NCBI GenBank assembly: GCA_040756015.1
Contig: JBFMAC010000001.1
Coordinates: 150,475-214,474 of the forward strand
Direction of reading: 5' to 3'
Length of the DNA: 64,000 nt
From: Pseudomonadota bacterium
GTDB taxonomy: Bacteria > Pseudomonadota > Gammaproteobacteria > Burkholderiales > JBFMAC01
Below, in pieces: positions 1-9,227 of this stretch. The notes under the pieces are model-generated. The model had not been told where the DNA came from, ran no database searches, and worked only from the letters and a program-made list of their open reading frames with translations. The position numbers and the translations under genes are program-made. Every line of letters begins with the position of its first letter. Within the stretch, counting starts at the first letter, position 1.

Positions 1-85
1 TCTGGGCTGCGGGGCGGCGCTCCTGCGCGTGGGCCATCGTGGTCAGCAGTGCCGCTGCGGTGGCGACAACAAGGGTGCGGTTCAT
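1..85 (-). CDS. ICE secreted protein, N-terminal fragment (gene continues beyond window start)
   Basis: ATG at 83-85 overlaps the TGA (82-84) of the upstream SLT gene (ATGA coupling). It reads MNRTLVVATAAALLTTMAHAQE..., a Sec-type signal peptide. Too short for the ORF track. Confidence 0.35.
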   Translation of the reverse strand, partial: MNRTLVVATAAALLTTMAHAQERRPAAQ

Positions 86-681
86 GGCGTGGAACTCCGG
101 GCAACGGGAAGTGAGCTGCCTGATCCGAGCACGCGGGTCAGGTGCAGGTGGACGCTGCGGCGATAACGGGCCGCCGGCGCCCCGCCCGCGGGTCGGTGAT
201 AGCGGCCGATGGCGACCAGCCAGTCCTCGCCGGGGGTGTGCTGCTCCCGCAGGATTTCCGCAGCGATGGCGAGGTTGCGATAGGGGTCGAGCAGATCGCA
301 GGGGTGCGCGTAGCGGTGCGTGTGGTAGCCGAGGTTGACCTGGCCGAGGCCGGCGTCGATGCGGTTGGCGGGTGTGCGGGCGAGTGCCCGGCGGATACCC
401 GCGCAGGCCTCGGCCTGTGTGGCGTAGCGTTCCGCTCGGCCGGCGACGTTGAGCGTCCAAGGCCAAGGGATCAGCCGGCCGCGCAGCCGTGAGCCGCTCT
501 CTTGCAGCGCCACCGCGTACAGCACCGGAGATGGCACGCCCGCCTGTTGCGCAGCAAGCTGGTAGGCGGGAGGCGGCACTTCCAGGGCAAAGGCGAAGGC
601 TGCGCAGGCATAAAGCCCGAGGGCCACGGCCGTCAGCCCCGCGCGCCGAGCCCAAGTCGATGCCGTTACTGCCGCTGCCAT
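82..681 (-). CDS. lytic transglycosylase (SLT domain), conjugation-associated
   Basis: 199-aa ORF with a hydrophobic N-terminus. LYAVALQESGS...GLGQVN resembles the SLT catalytic-Glu region. Overlaps both neighbours, suggesting an operon. Confidence 0.8.
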   Translation of the reverse strand: MAAAVTASTWARRAGLTAVALGLYACAAFAFALEVPPPAYQLAAQQAGVPSPVLYAVALQESGSRLRGRLIPWPWTLNVAGRAERYATQAEACAGIRRALARTPANRIDAGLGQVNLGYHTHRYAHPCDLLDPYRNLAIAAEILREQHTPGEDWLVAIGRYHRPAGGAPAARYRRSVHLHLTRVLGSGSSLPVARSSTP

Positions 682-1397
682 TGGCCGTTGACCTCGCGCA
701 CGACGGCGGGCAGATCGCCGGGCAGGCCGAGCGACAGCCAGCGCCCGGCGTCATGGTTGAGCGTGATGGTGCGCGAGCGGACACGGCCGGCATCGATGCC
801 GGCCTGCGTCGCCCATTGACGGATGCGGGCGTCTTCCTGGCGGCTGCCGACCATGTAGAGGTCGAAGGCAGTGCCGGCCGCCTGCAACTGGCGCACGCGC
901 TGCTCGCACGGCGCGCATTCGGCCTTTACGAAGACGGCCAGTCGGCCCGAACCCTTGTTGCCGGCGCCCGGCGCTTTCGCGCCCGGCATGTTCACCCGCT
1001 GCTGGCCGGGATAGAGTCGCTTCCAGGCCGCGTCGTAGGCCCGCTGGTAGGCCAGCGTCTTGCCCACGCGCTTCGATTCCGCCTGCACCTGCAGCTCCGC
1101 ATAGCGGCTGCGTTCCTCGTCGCTGCGCGCCTCGATGCCAAGCGCCGTGAGTGGATCAAGGTTTGGGGAGTAGATGCCCAGTGGCCCCTGCATCAGTTGG
1201 CGGTAGCGTGCCCACTCTTCAGATCGCAGGCCCCAATCGCGCGCCAGGCGCTCGTCCAGCGCGGCGTCGTTGCTGTTCTGCACCTGGGCAGGAACGGTGC
1301 GCGAGGACGCGATCGGCGCCGACTGCGCCGAGGCCGTGCCTGCGGTTCCTGCGATAGCAGCAAGGATGGTGACGAAGCAGATCGCGGGGCGCTTCAT
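666..1397 (-). CDS. ICE periplasmic thioredoxin-fold protein (TIGR03759-like)
   Basis: 243 aa with signal peptide MKRPAICFVTILAAIAGTAGTASA and a CxxC motif (ECAPCEQ). Sits next to SLT, as in PFGI-1-class ICEs (from memory). Confidence 0.7.
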   Translation of the reverse strand: MKRPAICFVTILAAIAGTAGTASAQSAPIASSRTVPAQVQNSNDAALDERLARDWGLRSEEWARYRQLMQGPLGIYSPNLDPLTALGIEARSDEERSRYAELQVQAESKRVGKTLAYQRAYDAAWKRLYPGQQRVNMPGAKAPGAGNKGSGRLAVFVKAECAPCEQRVRQLQAAGTAFDLYMVGSRQEDARIRQWATQAGIDAGRVRSRTITLNHDAGRWLSLGLPGDLPAVVREVNGQWQRQ

Positions 1398-1406
1398 GGC
1401 CGGCTC

Positions 1407-2051
1407 CTACGGCAGCGCGATGCGCTGGGTCTGCCCATCCACGCTGAACACGGCGGCGTGGGCCTCGATCGCCTGCAGATGCCACGCACCCACGGCGTCG
1501 CCTTCGCGCAGCAGCCGAACGTCCCGTACAGAAGATGCCTTGGGGGCTGCCACTGACAGGAAGCGCTCGCCGCCGCGCAGTTCCACGCCCACGACGTCGA
1601 ACGGCGGTGCAGGAACTTTGGGCTTGGCCGACTCGGCGGCACGACGGGGCGCCGCAGAAGACGCGGCGGTTCTTTTGATGCGGGCTTCGATGTCAGCCAC
1701 GCGCGCCTGAAGCGCCTGCAGGTCACCGGCGCGGGCGTCGGTGGCCTGGGCCTGCTCCACCTGCGCCAGGCGTTCGTCCAGCGCCTTGCGTGCAGTGTCG
1801 AAATCGGGCTGGGTGACGGGCTTGGGCTGCGTCTTGGAGGCCGCCGACTGCTGTTCGAGTTCGGCGACGCGCGTGTTGAGCGCCTGCACGTGCGCATCCT
1901 GGGCACTGGCCTGGCTCTGCTCGGTCAGGCGCGACAGGCCCACGCTGTTGACCACGGCCAGGATGCTCACGAGCAGCAGCCAGACCGTCGCTGCGATCTT
2001 CAACCAGCGCGCACGGCCGGCGTTCTCGTCGGGAAGCTGCGGGATGGTCAT
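1407..2051 (-). CDS. membrane-anchored coiled-coil ICE protein, function unknown
   Basis: 214 aa with one N-terminal TM (WLKIAATVWLLLVSILAVV) and an Ala/Gln-rich helical middle. Has a 4-nt overlap with the upstream gene. Confidence 0.6.
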   Translation of the reverse strand: MTIPQLPDENAGRARWLKIAATVWLLLVSILAVVNSVGLSRLTEQSQASAQDAHVQALNTRVAELEQQSAASKTQPKPVTQPDFDTARKALDERLAQVEQAQATDARAGDLQALQARVADIEARIKRTAASSAAPRRAAESAKPKVPAPPFDVVGVELRGGERFLSVAAPKASSVRDVRLLREGDAVGAWHLQAIEAHAAVFSVDGQTQRIALP

Positions 2052-2659
2052 GGCTGGGTCTCCTCAGGCACTTTGGGATTGGCGGGGTCAGCGGCAGGCG
2101 CGCTCGATGCCGGCGTTGCGGCAACGGGGCTTGCGCTCGGAGCACGCACGACGGCCACGCGCGCAAAGCACACCGCACGTGCCACGTCATCGACAGACAA
2201 CTCCCAGGCCGGGCCGGCCAGCGCCAACAAGGCATCACGCAGCGGCAGCGGCCCGAGCCGCAGATGCGCTGCCGGCAACGGCAAGGCGAACAGCGATGCG
2301 GCGTCCGGCGCGTCGCAAAGGCGATAGCCGGTGCGCAGCAACACGTGCCGCAGGGCGTCGCCGACGTTGGCGTCGAGGGCCGGCGGAATCGAAATCTCGA
2401 TCACCTGTCGCAGCAGGTCGCGCTGCGCAGGCTCAGTCACCATCTCGACCAGCGTGTAGCGCCCGTAGCGGGCCACCGGGACAAGGCTCGGCTCGGGTTC
2501 CGGGTCGATGGTCCTGACCAACACCGCAGGTTTGGGAAGCGAGTCATGGGCAGCCGGGGTGCTCGCCGTGCCCGTCGCGGCGCAGCCGGTGATGAGCACG
2601 CAACCGGCCAACACGACAGGCACAGCCAGGCGATGAACGACGCAGATGAGTGGTGGCAT
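2048..2659 (-). CDS. PilL-like ICE lipoprotein
   Basis: 203 aa with a lipobox (LAGCVLITGCA). The block ARYGRYTLVE...QRDLL...VGDALRHVLLRTGYRLC is one I recognise from PilL N-terminal domains of PFGI-1/PAPI-1-type elements. Confidence 0.6.
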   Translation of the reverse strand: MPPLICVVHRLAVPVVLAGCVLITGCAATGTASTPAAHDSLPKPAVLVRTIDPEPEPSLVPVARYGRYTLVEMVTEPAQRDLLRQVIEISIPPALDANVGDALRHVLLRTGYRLCDAPDAASLFALPLPAAHLRLGPLPLRDALLALAGPAWELSVDDVARAVCFARVAVVRAPSASPVAATPASSAPAADPANPKVPEETQP

Positions 2660-2773
2660 GGGGCAAGTCCCTGGAACACGGAGCCCTCACCATCGCCGCC
2701 GCGAAGCGTTTGGGCAGCAAACAAAGGGAACTGGCAGGCGCCCGACTTCATGACCTGCCGTCGATGCGCGGAC

Positions 2774-2808
2774 AAAAAAAGAAGCCGGCGCCCCGAAGGG
2801 CAGCCGGC
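2774..2808 (-). terminator. rho-independent terminator after the helicase gene
   Basis: Minus strand reads GCCGGCTGCCCttcgGGGCGCCGGC followed by TTCTTTTTTT, 14 nt after the stop at 2822. Confidence 0.75.
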
Positions 2809-2821
2809 ATGGGTGGGCGGA

Positions 2822-5104
2822 TCAGGCCGCGACGAGTTGCCGGGCCAGTGCCACCTCGACGGAATCACCGTCCTGGTTCAGCACGTCCAGTCCCGATTCG
2901 GGCACGTCTCCTGACGTACTTTGCGAGACCATGATCTTGCGGGCCATCAGCCCCAGGCAGGTCATCTGCGAGGAAGCCGCGTAGCCGAGGTAGATCACGC
3001 GCACCGGCAGCTTCTGGCCGATGCGCCAAGAGCGCCGGGCCGCCTGCTGCAGGCTGTAGACGTTGTAGCCGCTCTGGAGAAACACGATCGTCGGAAACTC
3101 CAACAGGTCCAGGCCGGTTTTCACCAGCTCGGGGTTCGTGATGAGCACGTCGATGCCGCGGTCCAACTGCTCGGCGATCCAGTCCTCGCGACGGCTGGCA
3201 TCCACGCTTGCGCGCAACACCGCCACCTTGAAGCCTTCCTGCTCCAGCAGCACCTTCAAACGCGACGTGGTGTCGCGCGTTCCGGTGTAGACCGAATAGA
3301 CCAGCGTCCTGCGACCCGCAGCCTTCTCCTGCTTGCAGATCTCGATCAGCTCGCGTTCCTTGGGCATCAACTCCAGCTCGTTGAACTGAGCCGGAACGAA
3401 CGCCAAGGTCTGGCGCGTGCGCGGATGCACCACCGTCTCCGACCGGAAACAGCAATCCGGCCAGGCCAGCAGCACATTGAGGACCACGCCGAGCAGCGTC
3501 GTGTCGCGCTTGGCCAGCGCCTGTTTCAGGGCCGAGGTCAGACGAAACGACAGGTCGCGATAGGCCGCGTCTTGCGCCGTGTCCATCGCCACCTCGCGGA
3601 ACTCCTCGTCATACGCCGGCAGCACATTGCCACCGATGTCCTTGAGCTTGAGGAAGACCGTGAACGGCAGGACGCAACGCAGCACGCCCTTCGGGCCGAA
3701 GCCCGGCGCCTTGACCGTGCGCACCGATACCTTGGTGCCCTTGGCCGTTTTGTGCGCCGTGCCGGTGCTCTCGGAATAGATGTCCTTGAGGATGCCGTGA
3801 TCGCGCATGAACGCCATCGCGGCCGAGGTCATGCTGCCGCTCTTGGTCGGGCGGTAGCCGTCTTCGATCATTCGCCCAGGCAGGGCTCGGAACAGCAGGT
3901 GGAACAGATCGTCGCCGTATCCGCCCATCAGCGTGCCGGTGAGCAGCAAGGTCTTGCGTGCCTTTGCTGCGAGCACACCCATGGCCTGGCCTTGGGCACT
4001 GCCACCGTTCTTGTACTCGTGCGCCTCGTCGGCGATGAGCAGGTCGAACGTGCCTTGCGGCAGGTAGCGCTTGATGTACTCGCTAGGCTGATACCCACCC
4101 TCGCCGAAACCGAACTCCATGTTCGCCATCGCCCGCTCCATGCGGTGCGCCTGACGATCCGAGAACACCAGTTCGCCGTTGGCATCCATGAGGTTGATGA
4201 ACTCGTGGATGTTGTCGCCGAGCATGGACGCGAGGAACGAGTCGCCGAACTTCTTCATCAGCTTCTGCGCCGTGACTTCCCCGATGGTCGGGATGCGTTG
4301 CAAGGCTTTGAAGACGGCCGTGGACTGGTCGCTGGCGGAGAGGCTGCGCGGTCGCATCAGCGTCCACAGCGGCGCAGCGCAATGGCTGCACCGGCGGCGG
4401 TAGTCCTCGGCTTCGAGTTCGACCGGGTTGATCGGCTCGCCGTCGAGGTTGGTGATGACCTGGCCGCAGTCCGGGCATGCGCCCACGTCGCCATGCTTCG
4501 TGCGCCGCGCGTTGAAGACGGGCTTCCAGTGGAAACCCATGCGCATGCGCACACGCCCGAGCACGTAGAACTCCTGGCCGCGCACCGGCACGCCCAACTG
4601 TTCGCGCAGCTTGATGAGCTTGACCAAGGTGTCCGGGCCATTGAGCACCCAGACCTTGGCGCCGGCCACGGTCTCCTGGATTTCCCGGCGCCACTTGTAG
4701 ACCAGGTGTGGCGGCGAGAGCACCAGCGTGCGGCGGTAGCCTTCGGCGTGCAGCGCGGCCGCCGTGGCGATGCCAACGGTGGTCTTGCCGCAGCCCATCT
4801 CGCCGTTGACGATCGCGGCGCGTTCACCACGGTCGGCCAGCAGCTCGGTGACGGCATGCACCACCTCGGCTTGCGCGCCGAACAGCTTGCGCTTGAGACT
4901 TGCCAGCACAAGTTGGCGATGCGGTCGAGCCTGGCAGGTGTAGACGGGAGGGTTGGCGCGGTTGAGCGAGTCCAGCAGCTCGTCGCCGAATTCGGCAACG
5001 AAGTCCTGAAGGCTCATCGCCAGGGGAGAAGCAGCCGCTTCGAGCAGGTCGCCCTGGACGGGCGTGCCATCGGCGGCGGGAACAACGTCGGTATCGAGGG
5101 ACAT
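2822..5104 (-). CDS. SNF2/DEAD-like superfamily-2 helicase
   Basis: Walker A GEMGCGKTT, DEAH-type LLIADEAHEYKN, C-terminal helicase block QQAARRSWRIGQ, and an internal Cys4 ribbon (CPDCG...CSHCAAP). Start trimmed to ATG 5102-5104, which follows GGAG. The longer ORF-track start has no SD. Confidence 0.85.
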   Translation of the reverse strand: MSLDTDVVPAADGTPVQGDLLEAAASPLAMSLQDFVAEFGDELLDSLNRANPPVYTCQARPHRQLVLASLKRKLFGAQAEVVHAVTELLADRGERAAIVNGEMGCGKTTVGIATAAALHAEGYRRTLVLSPPHLVYKWRREIQETVAGAKVWVLNGPDTLVKLIKLREQLGVPVRGQEFYVLGRVRMRMGFHWKPVFNARRTKHGDVGACPDCGQVITNLDGEPINPVELEAEDYRRRCSHCAAPLWTLMRPRSLSASDQSTAVFKALQRIPTIGEVTAQKLMKKFGDSFLASMLGDNIHEFINLMDANGELVFSDRQAHRMERAMANMEFGFGEGGYQPSEYIKRYLPQGTFDLLIADEAHEYKNGGSAQGQAMGVLAAKARKTLLLTGTLMGGYGDDLFHLLFRALPGRMIEDGYRPTKSGSMTSAAMAFMRDHGILKDIYSESTGTAHKTAKGTKVSVRTVKAPGFGPKGVLRCVLPFTVFLKLKDIGGNVLPAYDEEFREVAMDTAQDAAYRDLSFRLTSALKQALAKRDTTLLGVVLNVLLAWPDCCFRSETVVHPRTRQTLAFVPAQFNELELMPKERELIEICKQEKAAGRRTLVYSVYTGTRDTTSRLKVLLEQEGFKVAVLRASVDASRREDWIAEQLDRGIDVLITNPELVKTGLDLLEFPTIVFLQSGYNVYSLQQAARRSWRIGQKLPVRVIYLGYAASSQMTCLGLMARKIMVSQSTSGDVPESGLDVLNQDGDSVEVALARQLVAA

Positions 5105-5125
5105 GGTGATGCTCCAAATGAAAAG

Positions 5126-5162
5126 AGGCATGCACCTCCCCTGCGGGGCGATGGCATGCCCC
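5126..5162 (-). terminator. terminator-like hairpin abutting the helicase RBS
   Basis: Minus strand reads GGGGCATGCcatcgCCCCgcaGGGGaggtGCATGCCTC, then TTTTCATTT, GGAG, 8 nt and ATG. Confidence 0.5.
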
Positions 5163-5206
5163 GGAGTGGGAAGAAAAGAACGGCGCGCGGCCACGGTGGA
5201 TGAAGC

Positions 5207-5512
5207 TCAGTATTCGCTGGGCAGCAGCAGCGTGGTCACGCTGCGATCCCATTCGGTGATGATCCAGAGCTTCAGGTCGGGCGCGACCTGGTAAGACGAG
5301 AACAGCCGGTCCTCGCCGGAGCGCAGCGCGGCATCGTTCTGCCGCCGGTCGCTGTCGTCGAGATCGCCCCAATCGCCATTGAGATGGCGGCAGAGGAACG
5401 GGGTCGGGTTGAGCCGGCCCTGCCGGACCAGCGCGTCGATGCCGCAGGTCATGACCAGGTGCCCAGGGGCAAAGCGTGCTTGCGACGCCACGTTGAGAAC
5501 TGCGAGTGCCAT
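5207..5512 (-). CDS. small acidic ICE protein, function unknown
   Basis: 101 aa with a strong SD (GAAGGAG) before the ATG. Ends ...WIITEWDRSVTTLLLPSEY. Sits between the methyltransferase and helicase genes. Confidence 0.7.
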   Translation of the reverse strand: MALAVLNVASQARFAPGHLVMTCGIDALVRQGRLNPTPFLCRHLNGDWGDLDDSDRRQNDAALRSGEDRLFSSYQVAPDLKLWIITEWDRSVTTLLLPSEY

Positions 5513-5538
5513 GATGTTTCTCCTTCAGAAAAAAGAGA

Positions 5539-5570
5539 GGGCCACGGCACCCCGCGGGGTGACATGGCCC
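5539..5570 (-). terminator. terminator-like hairpin abutting the RBS of the 5207-5512 gene
   Basis: Minus strand reads GGGCCAtgtCACCCCGCGGGGTGccgTGGCCC, then TCTCTTTTTTCT, GAAGGAG and ATG. Confidence 0.5.
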
Positions 5571-5625
5571 CGTTGGGTGGATGAGTTGATGAATGAAGCG
5601 ACGGCGAACCGTCAGGGAACAGCGA

Positions 5626-6744
5626 TCAGCGAATGGTCAGCACCTCGCCACAGGTCAGCGAGCCCGGTGTCATGTCCCAAGCGCGGATGACTGGCACGAA
5701 CTTGTCGGTCAGGATGCGCGTCTCGGCCACGCTGCCGTCGTCGCGCTCGGTGTATTCCGTCTGCAAGGTCTTCTCCTTGTGGGTGTCGCCCTTGACGACG
5801 AGCACACGGCCCGTCTTGGACTTCACCACGCCGGAGATCGCGCCTGCGGCCAAGGCCAGGGCGAGATGCCAGTGAGACAAGGCCCGCGCCGGAGGCCGCA
5901 GCGACTGCTGCGCGGCACCCAGGTGCGTGTCGAGCGTCGGCCAGAGCCCTTGCAGCCGGCCGACTTCGTCGGCGAACTGCTCGGGTTCCATCGTCACGCG
6001 GTAGAAGTGCTCCGGCTCGGCCGGGCTGGCAGGCACCGTGTACGGCAGGAACGGCCATTCAACCGGCAGTTCCTCCGCTTCGGCGTCGCCTTGCCCGATC
6101 TGCAACAGCAGCGCGCGCGTGGCCTTCACCGAATCCGATACCTGGTCGCGCTGGCGAACCTTGCGACCGAAGATCACGACCTGCTTGAACTGCGCTTCCA
6201 CCGCGCGGTAGATGCGCAGCTCGGCGAAATGCCGAGTCAGCCATCCGACCAATTCGGCATCAAGCACGTAGTGCGGCAGGATGTAGACCAGCACGCCGCC
6301 GTACTGCAGCAGCGGAAGCGCCTTCTGATAGAACAGCTTTTCCAGCCTGGCGCGGCCCTGACCCTGGTAGCCGATGTTGCCATTGGCATCCTTGGCCAGG
6401 TCGCCATACGGCGGGTTGAGCCACAGCAGGCCGAAGCTCTGCCGACTGATCAGCGTGTCCATCAGGTCGCCGTGGATGCAGCGATCGACCAGTTGCCGGG
6501 CATGGCGTGCGCGCTCGGCGTCGTACTCGACGGCGAAGGCCAGGACCTGCTCGCGCCCGAGGGCGTGGGCGGCTTCGGCGATCGCCACGCCTTCGCCGGC
6601 GCAGGGATCGAGGATGCACAACGGCCCGGCTGAGGGGGCGGCGGGCGCCAGTGCGGCGAGTGCTCTTTCGAGCGTGGGTTCATCCGTGGGGAAGTACCCG
6701 TTCTTGACGAAGTTGCGGGCGAGCCGCGGGAACATGAGGGCCAT
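5626..6744 (-). CDS. N6-adenine DNA methyltransferase (orphan, no cognate nuclease seen)
   Basis: Motif I LDPCAGEG and motif IV NPPYG. Start set at ATG 6742-6744, preceded by CAGGAG. Confidence 0.8.
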   Translation of the reverse strand: MALMFPRLARNFVKNGYFPTDEPTLERALAALAPAAPSAGPLCILDPCAGEGVAIAEAAHALGREQVLAFAVEYDAERARHARQLVDRCIHGDLMDTLISRQSFGLLWLNPPYGDLAKDANGNIGYQGQGRARLEKLFYQKALPLLQYGGVLVYILPHYVLDAELVGWLTRHFAELRIYRAVEAQFKQVVIFGRKVRQRDQVSDSVKATRALLLQIGQGDAEAEELPVEWPFLPYTVPASPAEPEHFYRVTMEPEQFADEVGRLQGLWPTLDTHLGAAQQSLRPPARALSHWHLALALAAGAISGVVKSKTGRVLVVKGDTHKEKTLQTEYTERDDGSVAETRILTDKFVPVIRAWDMTPGSLTCGEVLTIR

Positions 6745-6814
6745 GGGAATCTCCTGGCGGTAGATGAATGGAAGGGAGCGGACACGCGGGGCGTGCATGT
6801 CCGGTGCGAGAACC

Positions 6815-7471
6815 TCAAGCCGCCGCTTCGAGCAGTTGTGCCGAGGGGATGCGGCCGGCGGGCGTGTCGGCGACGAGCGTGCCGCTGCGGATCAGGCCGC
6901 CCAGCACCTGGGTCAGCGTCGGCACGTCGATAGCGAGCCGATGGCCTTCCAGGGGACCGAGTGCGAACGGCAGGCGCGTCAGCATCGACTTCGCCTGCAG
7001 CAGTTCCAGCACGGGTTCGCGCCAGGGATCGAGAAGCGGCAACGGGCAGGTGTCCCTCACCAGCTTCCACAGCCGGTCGAGCCGGTGCGTGGAATCGCGG
7101 GGCAAGAGCGCCAGCGCGCTGGCATTGGCCTTGTCGGGCTTGACGCAGCGCCGATCGAACAGCCAGATGTTGGTCAGCGAGCCGAACAGCGTGCGCCGGT
7201 AGGCACGTGCGCTGCGCTTTTCCAGGTTCTCGACGTTGCCGACGAAGACCGGGACGCTCGCACCTTGCTCGGTGATGATGTGAAACTGATCCAGTCCCTG
7301 TTCATCCCGGCCCAGGGTGAGACGGGCCAGGAATTCCTGGACGGCGGTGTCGCGTGCCCAGAGGGAGATGAAAACCAGGTTGCCGTTCTCGTCACCCACG
7401 AGGCCATCGGCCATCAGGTCGGGGCACTCGTCGATGCGATAGAGCGTCTTGGGGGAAGCAGGTACAGGCAT
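6815..7471 (-). CDS. hypothetical ICE protein
   Basis: 218 aa from ATG 7469-7471 (GAGGA SD). First gene after structured element A. I recognise no motif. Confidence 0.6.
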   Translation of the reverse strand: MPVPASPKTLYRIDECPDLMADGLVGDENGNLVFISLWARDTAVQEFLARLTLGRDEQGLDQFHIITEQGASVPVFVGNVENLEKRSARAYRRTLFGSLTNIWLFDRRCVKPDKANASALALLPRDSTHRLDRLWKLVRDTCPLPLLDPWREPVLELLQAKSMLTRLPFALGPLEGHRLAIDVPTLTQVLGGLIRSGTLVADTPAGRIPSAQLLEAAA

Positions 7472-7574
7472 GGTGATGTCCTCGAAGTGAGTCGAGGCAG
7501 CACCACCCGAGGGCAATCACTGCCCCAAGGGGATGGAAGAAGACGCGGTGAGCGTCGTGGCAAAGAATCGGACC

Positions 7575-7647
7575 GTGCGTCGCAACGCACCGTAGCCTTG
7601 AAGGTCTGGGCTACCTGGGCATGTTGTCGGCAACGCCGACGGACATG
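7575..7647 (-). promoter_or_regulatory. three-hairpin conserved leader element, copy A
   Basis: Plus strand: GTGCG-tcgcaa-CGCAC c GTAGCC-ttgaaggtctg-GGCTAC ctgggCATG tt GTCGGC-aac-GCCGAC gga CATG. Lies 104 nt upstream of ATG 7471. Confidence 0.6.
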
Positions 7648-7783
7648 GGCCGTAGCCTGCGCCGGACGTGTGTGATGCGGGAGCGAAAAACCGACCCAGC
7701 GCTCCACCCGGTTTCTGCGGAGAGGGAATTGAGCACGAACCCCGTGTCACCAACGGCAGCGTCTTACGGGCACCGAAAGAAAA

Positions 7784-7806
7784 CCGCCCCGGGGACACCG
7801 GGGCGG
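7784..7806 (-). terminator. hairpin terminator (A/T tracts on both sides)
   Basis: CCGCCCCGG-ggaca-CCGGGGCGG, flanked by GAAAGAAAA on one side and AAAAAG on the other. Confidence 0.55.
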
Positions 7807-7938
7807 AAAAAGACTGCGTGGCTCAGGGAGGTGAAGCCAGGGAGGATGCAGCCTCGAATCGATTGTCGCCGACGCGGTGAAACCGTAAAGCCGGTATGCA
7901 TGGCCCCGGAGTCCCCAAAGTCGGGTGCATGCTGAGAC

Positions 7939-7977
7939 GGAAAACAAAGCCGATCACGTCTTCCGACGTGATCGGCT
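7939..7977 (-). terminator. rho-independent terminator after the DUF932 gene
   Basis: Minus strand reads AGCCGATCACGTC-ggaa-GACGTGATCGGCT then TTGTTTTCC. Starts 7 nt after the stop at 7984. Confidence 0.8.
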
Positions 7978-7983
7978 GTTGGC

Positions 7984-8811
7984 TCAGGCTTTGAGCTGAC
8001 GCAGGCCATCGGCGAGCAGCCACAGCGCCCGGTTGAGCCAGACGTTCTGATCGATGCCCTGTACCGGTCGCGTGCGCTGATGACGCCCGTTGGCGGCGCG
8101 GCCGCTCAGGCCGCCCTTGACCAAGTTCTCCTGCACTCGGTTGAAGACGGACCACAGATCGCCGCGGTTGTCGTCGAAACGACGGGGTCGCAGAATTTGA
8201 GTCTCCGTGATCGGCAAGGCCTTACCGGAGTCGTCGTACTTCAAGGTTAGCGCCGATCGGGCGAAGACTTCGGCCTCGCCGTTGTCCAGCGTGATGACTC
8301 GCATGGCGTCACGAGAGTCCTGCACACGGTCGAAGCCGTGCAGCACTTCATAAGCACCTTCGATAACATGATCGGTGACGTTGCCCTTGTGGGGCACGCG
8401 CACATCGGCGAAGGTGTCGCCGCACACCAGGCCGTTGTGGCAGACGAATCTGAACAAGCCCGCGAGCATCTGGTAGCTGCTGCTGCCGTCGTGCGAGTTG
8501 AGCAGGATGATTTCGTTCGCCTCAGCGCCATTGATCTGGCTGGCATGGCGAAGCCGCAGCATGTGCTTGGTGTAGTCGCGGCGATCCTCGTGTCGCACAC
8601 GGGTCTGGCACACCATGAACGGCTGGAAGCCTTCCTTGCGCAGTTCGGTCAGCACAGCCGCCGTGGGGATGTAGCTGTACCGCTCGGAGCGGCTTTCGTG
8701 CGGGGTGTCCGCGAAGATGGACGGGGCCACGGTGTGAATCTGATCGTCCGACAACGGATGGTCAGAGCGTAGCACCGGGGAGCGAGAGGCGAAGCGGGAT
8801 GCGAGTTGCAT
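7984..8811 (-). CDS. DUF932 (DUF945) family protein
   Basis: 275 aa from ATG 8809-8811 (AAGGAG SD). SERYSYIPT...LLNSHDGSSSYQ...VCHNGLV is typical of DUF932 proteins of ICEs and plasmids. Confidence 0.8.
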   Translation of the reverse strand: MQLASRFASRSPVLRSDHPLSDDQIHTVAPSIFADTPHESRSERYSYIPTAAVLTELRKEGFQPFMVCQTRVRHEDRRDYTKHMLRLRHASQINGAEANEIILLNSHDGSSSYQMLAGLFRFVCHNGLVCGDTFADVRVPHKGNVTDHVIEGAYEVLHGFDRVQDSRDAMRVITLDNGEAEVFARSALTLKYDDSGKALPITETQILRPRRFDDNRGDLWSVFNRVQENLVKGGLSGRAANGRHQRTRPVQGIDQNVWLNRALWLLADGLRQLKA

Positions 8812-8950
8812 GATGATCTCCTTGCGGAATGGAGCAATCGGCATCCAGCGGCCGAGGCCGGATGCGCGCGATTGCGTGGGACGAAGAAAAGCCCTGCTGA
8901 ACAGGGTCTGATGAAAGGGGTGAAGCAGCGAGCGCAGCGTGACAGCCGGC

Positions 8951-9220
8951 CTACGGAGCCGAGACCGGCTCCCACCCGCGGGTATGCGGGTTGAAGCACA
9001 GTACTTCCTGGCCTTTGGTGATCGGCGTGAAGCCGTCGAGGAAGACGTGGCGCAGGTACAGCGCGCGGTAGGTCAGTGCCTGCCACGCCTGGTCTTCGCT
9101 CAGGCCGTTGGCGATGAAGTGCTCGCGCAGTTCGTCGTCGTCGGAAACCTCGTTGTTGGCCAACTGGTCTTCGACGAAGCGCAGCAGCTCGGGCGGCAAG
9201 GACGACAGGATGGTGTCCAT
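8951..9220 (-). CDS. small hypothetical ICE protein
   Basis: 89 aa from the internal ATG (MDTILSSLPPELL...). The upstream gene stops at 9228. Confidence 0.55.
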   Translation of the reverse strand: MDTILSSLPPELLRFVEDQLANNEVSDDDELREHFIANGLSEDQAWQALTYRALYLRHVFLDGFTPITKGQEVLCFNPHTRGWEPVSAP

Positions 9221-9227
9221 GTGCGCC

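Noticed and set aside
2921-5203. Very long antisense ORFs. Examples: 2921-5203 (+, 760 aa), 12380-13738, 14604-16391, 16443-17831, 21158-22612, 36899-37942, 59450-60775 and 62252-63235.
   Set aside because: These are shadow ORFs typical of high-GC DNA. They are Arg/Ala/Gly/Pro-rich, have no SD, and lie fully opposite genes with clear catalytic motifs (helicase, TopB, ParB, transposase, AsmA, KatG).
7609-7631. Reading the conserved CTGGGCATG-N-TGC junction of the leader element as a sigma-54 -24/-12 promoter.
   Set aside because: The GG-to-GC spacing and the -12 sequence are not consistent among the four copies. The orientation (plus strand) is also opposite to all nearby genes. Stem covariation points to a structural explanation.
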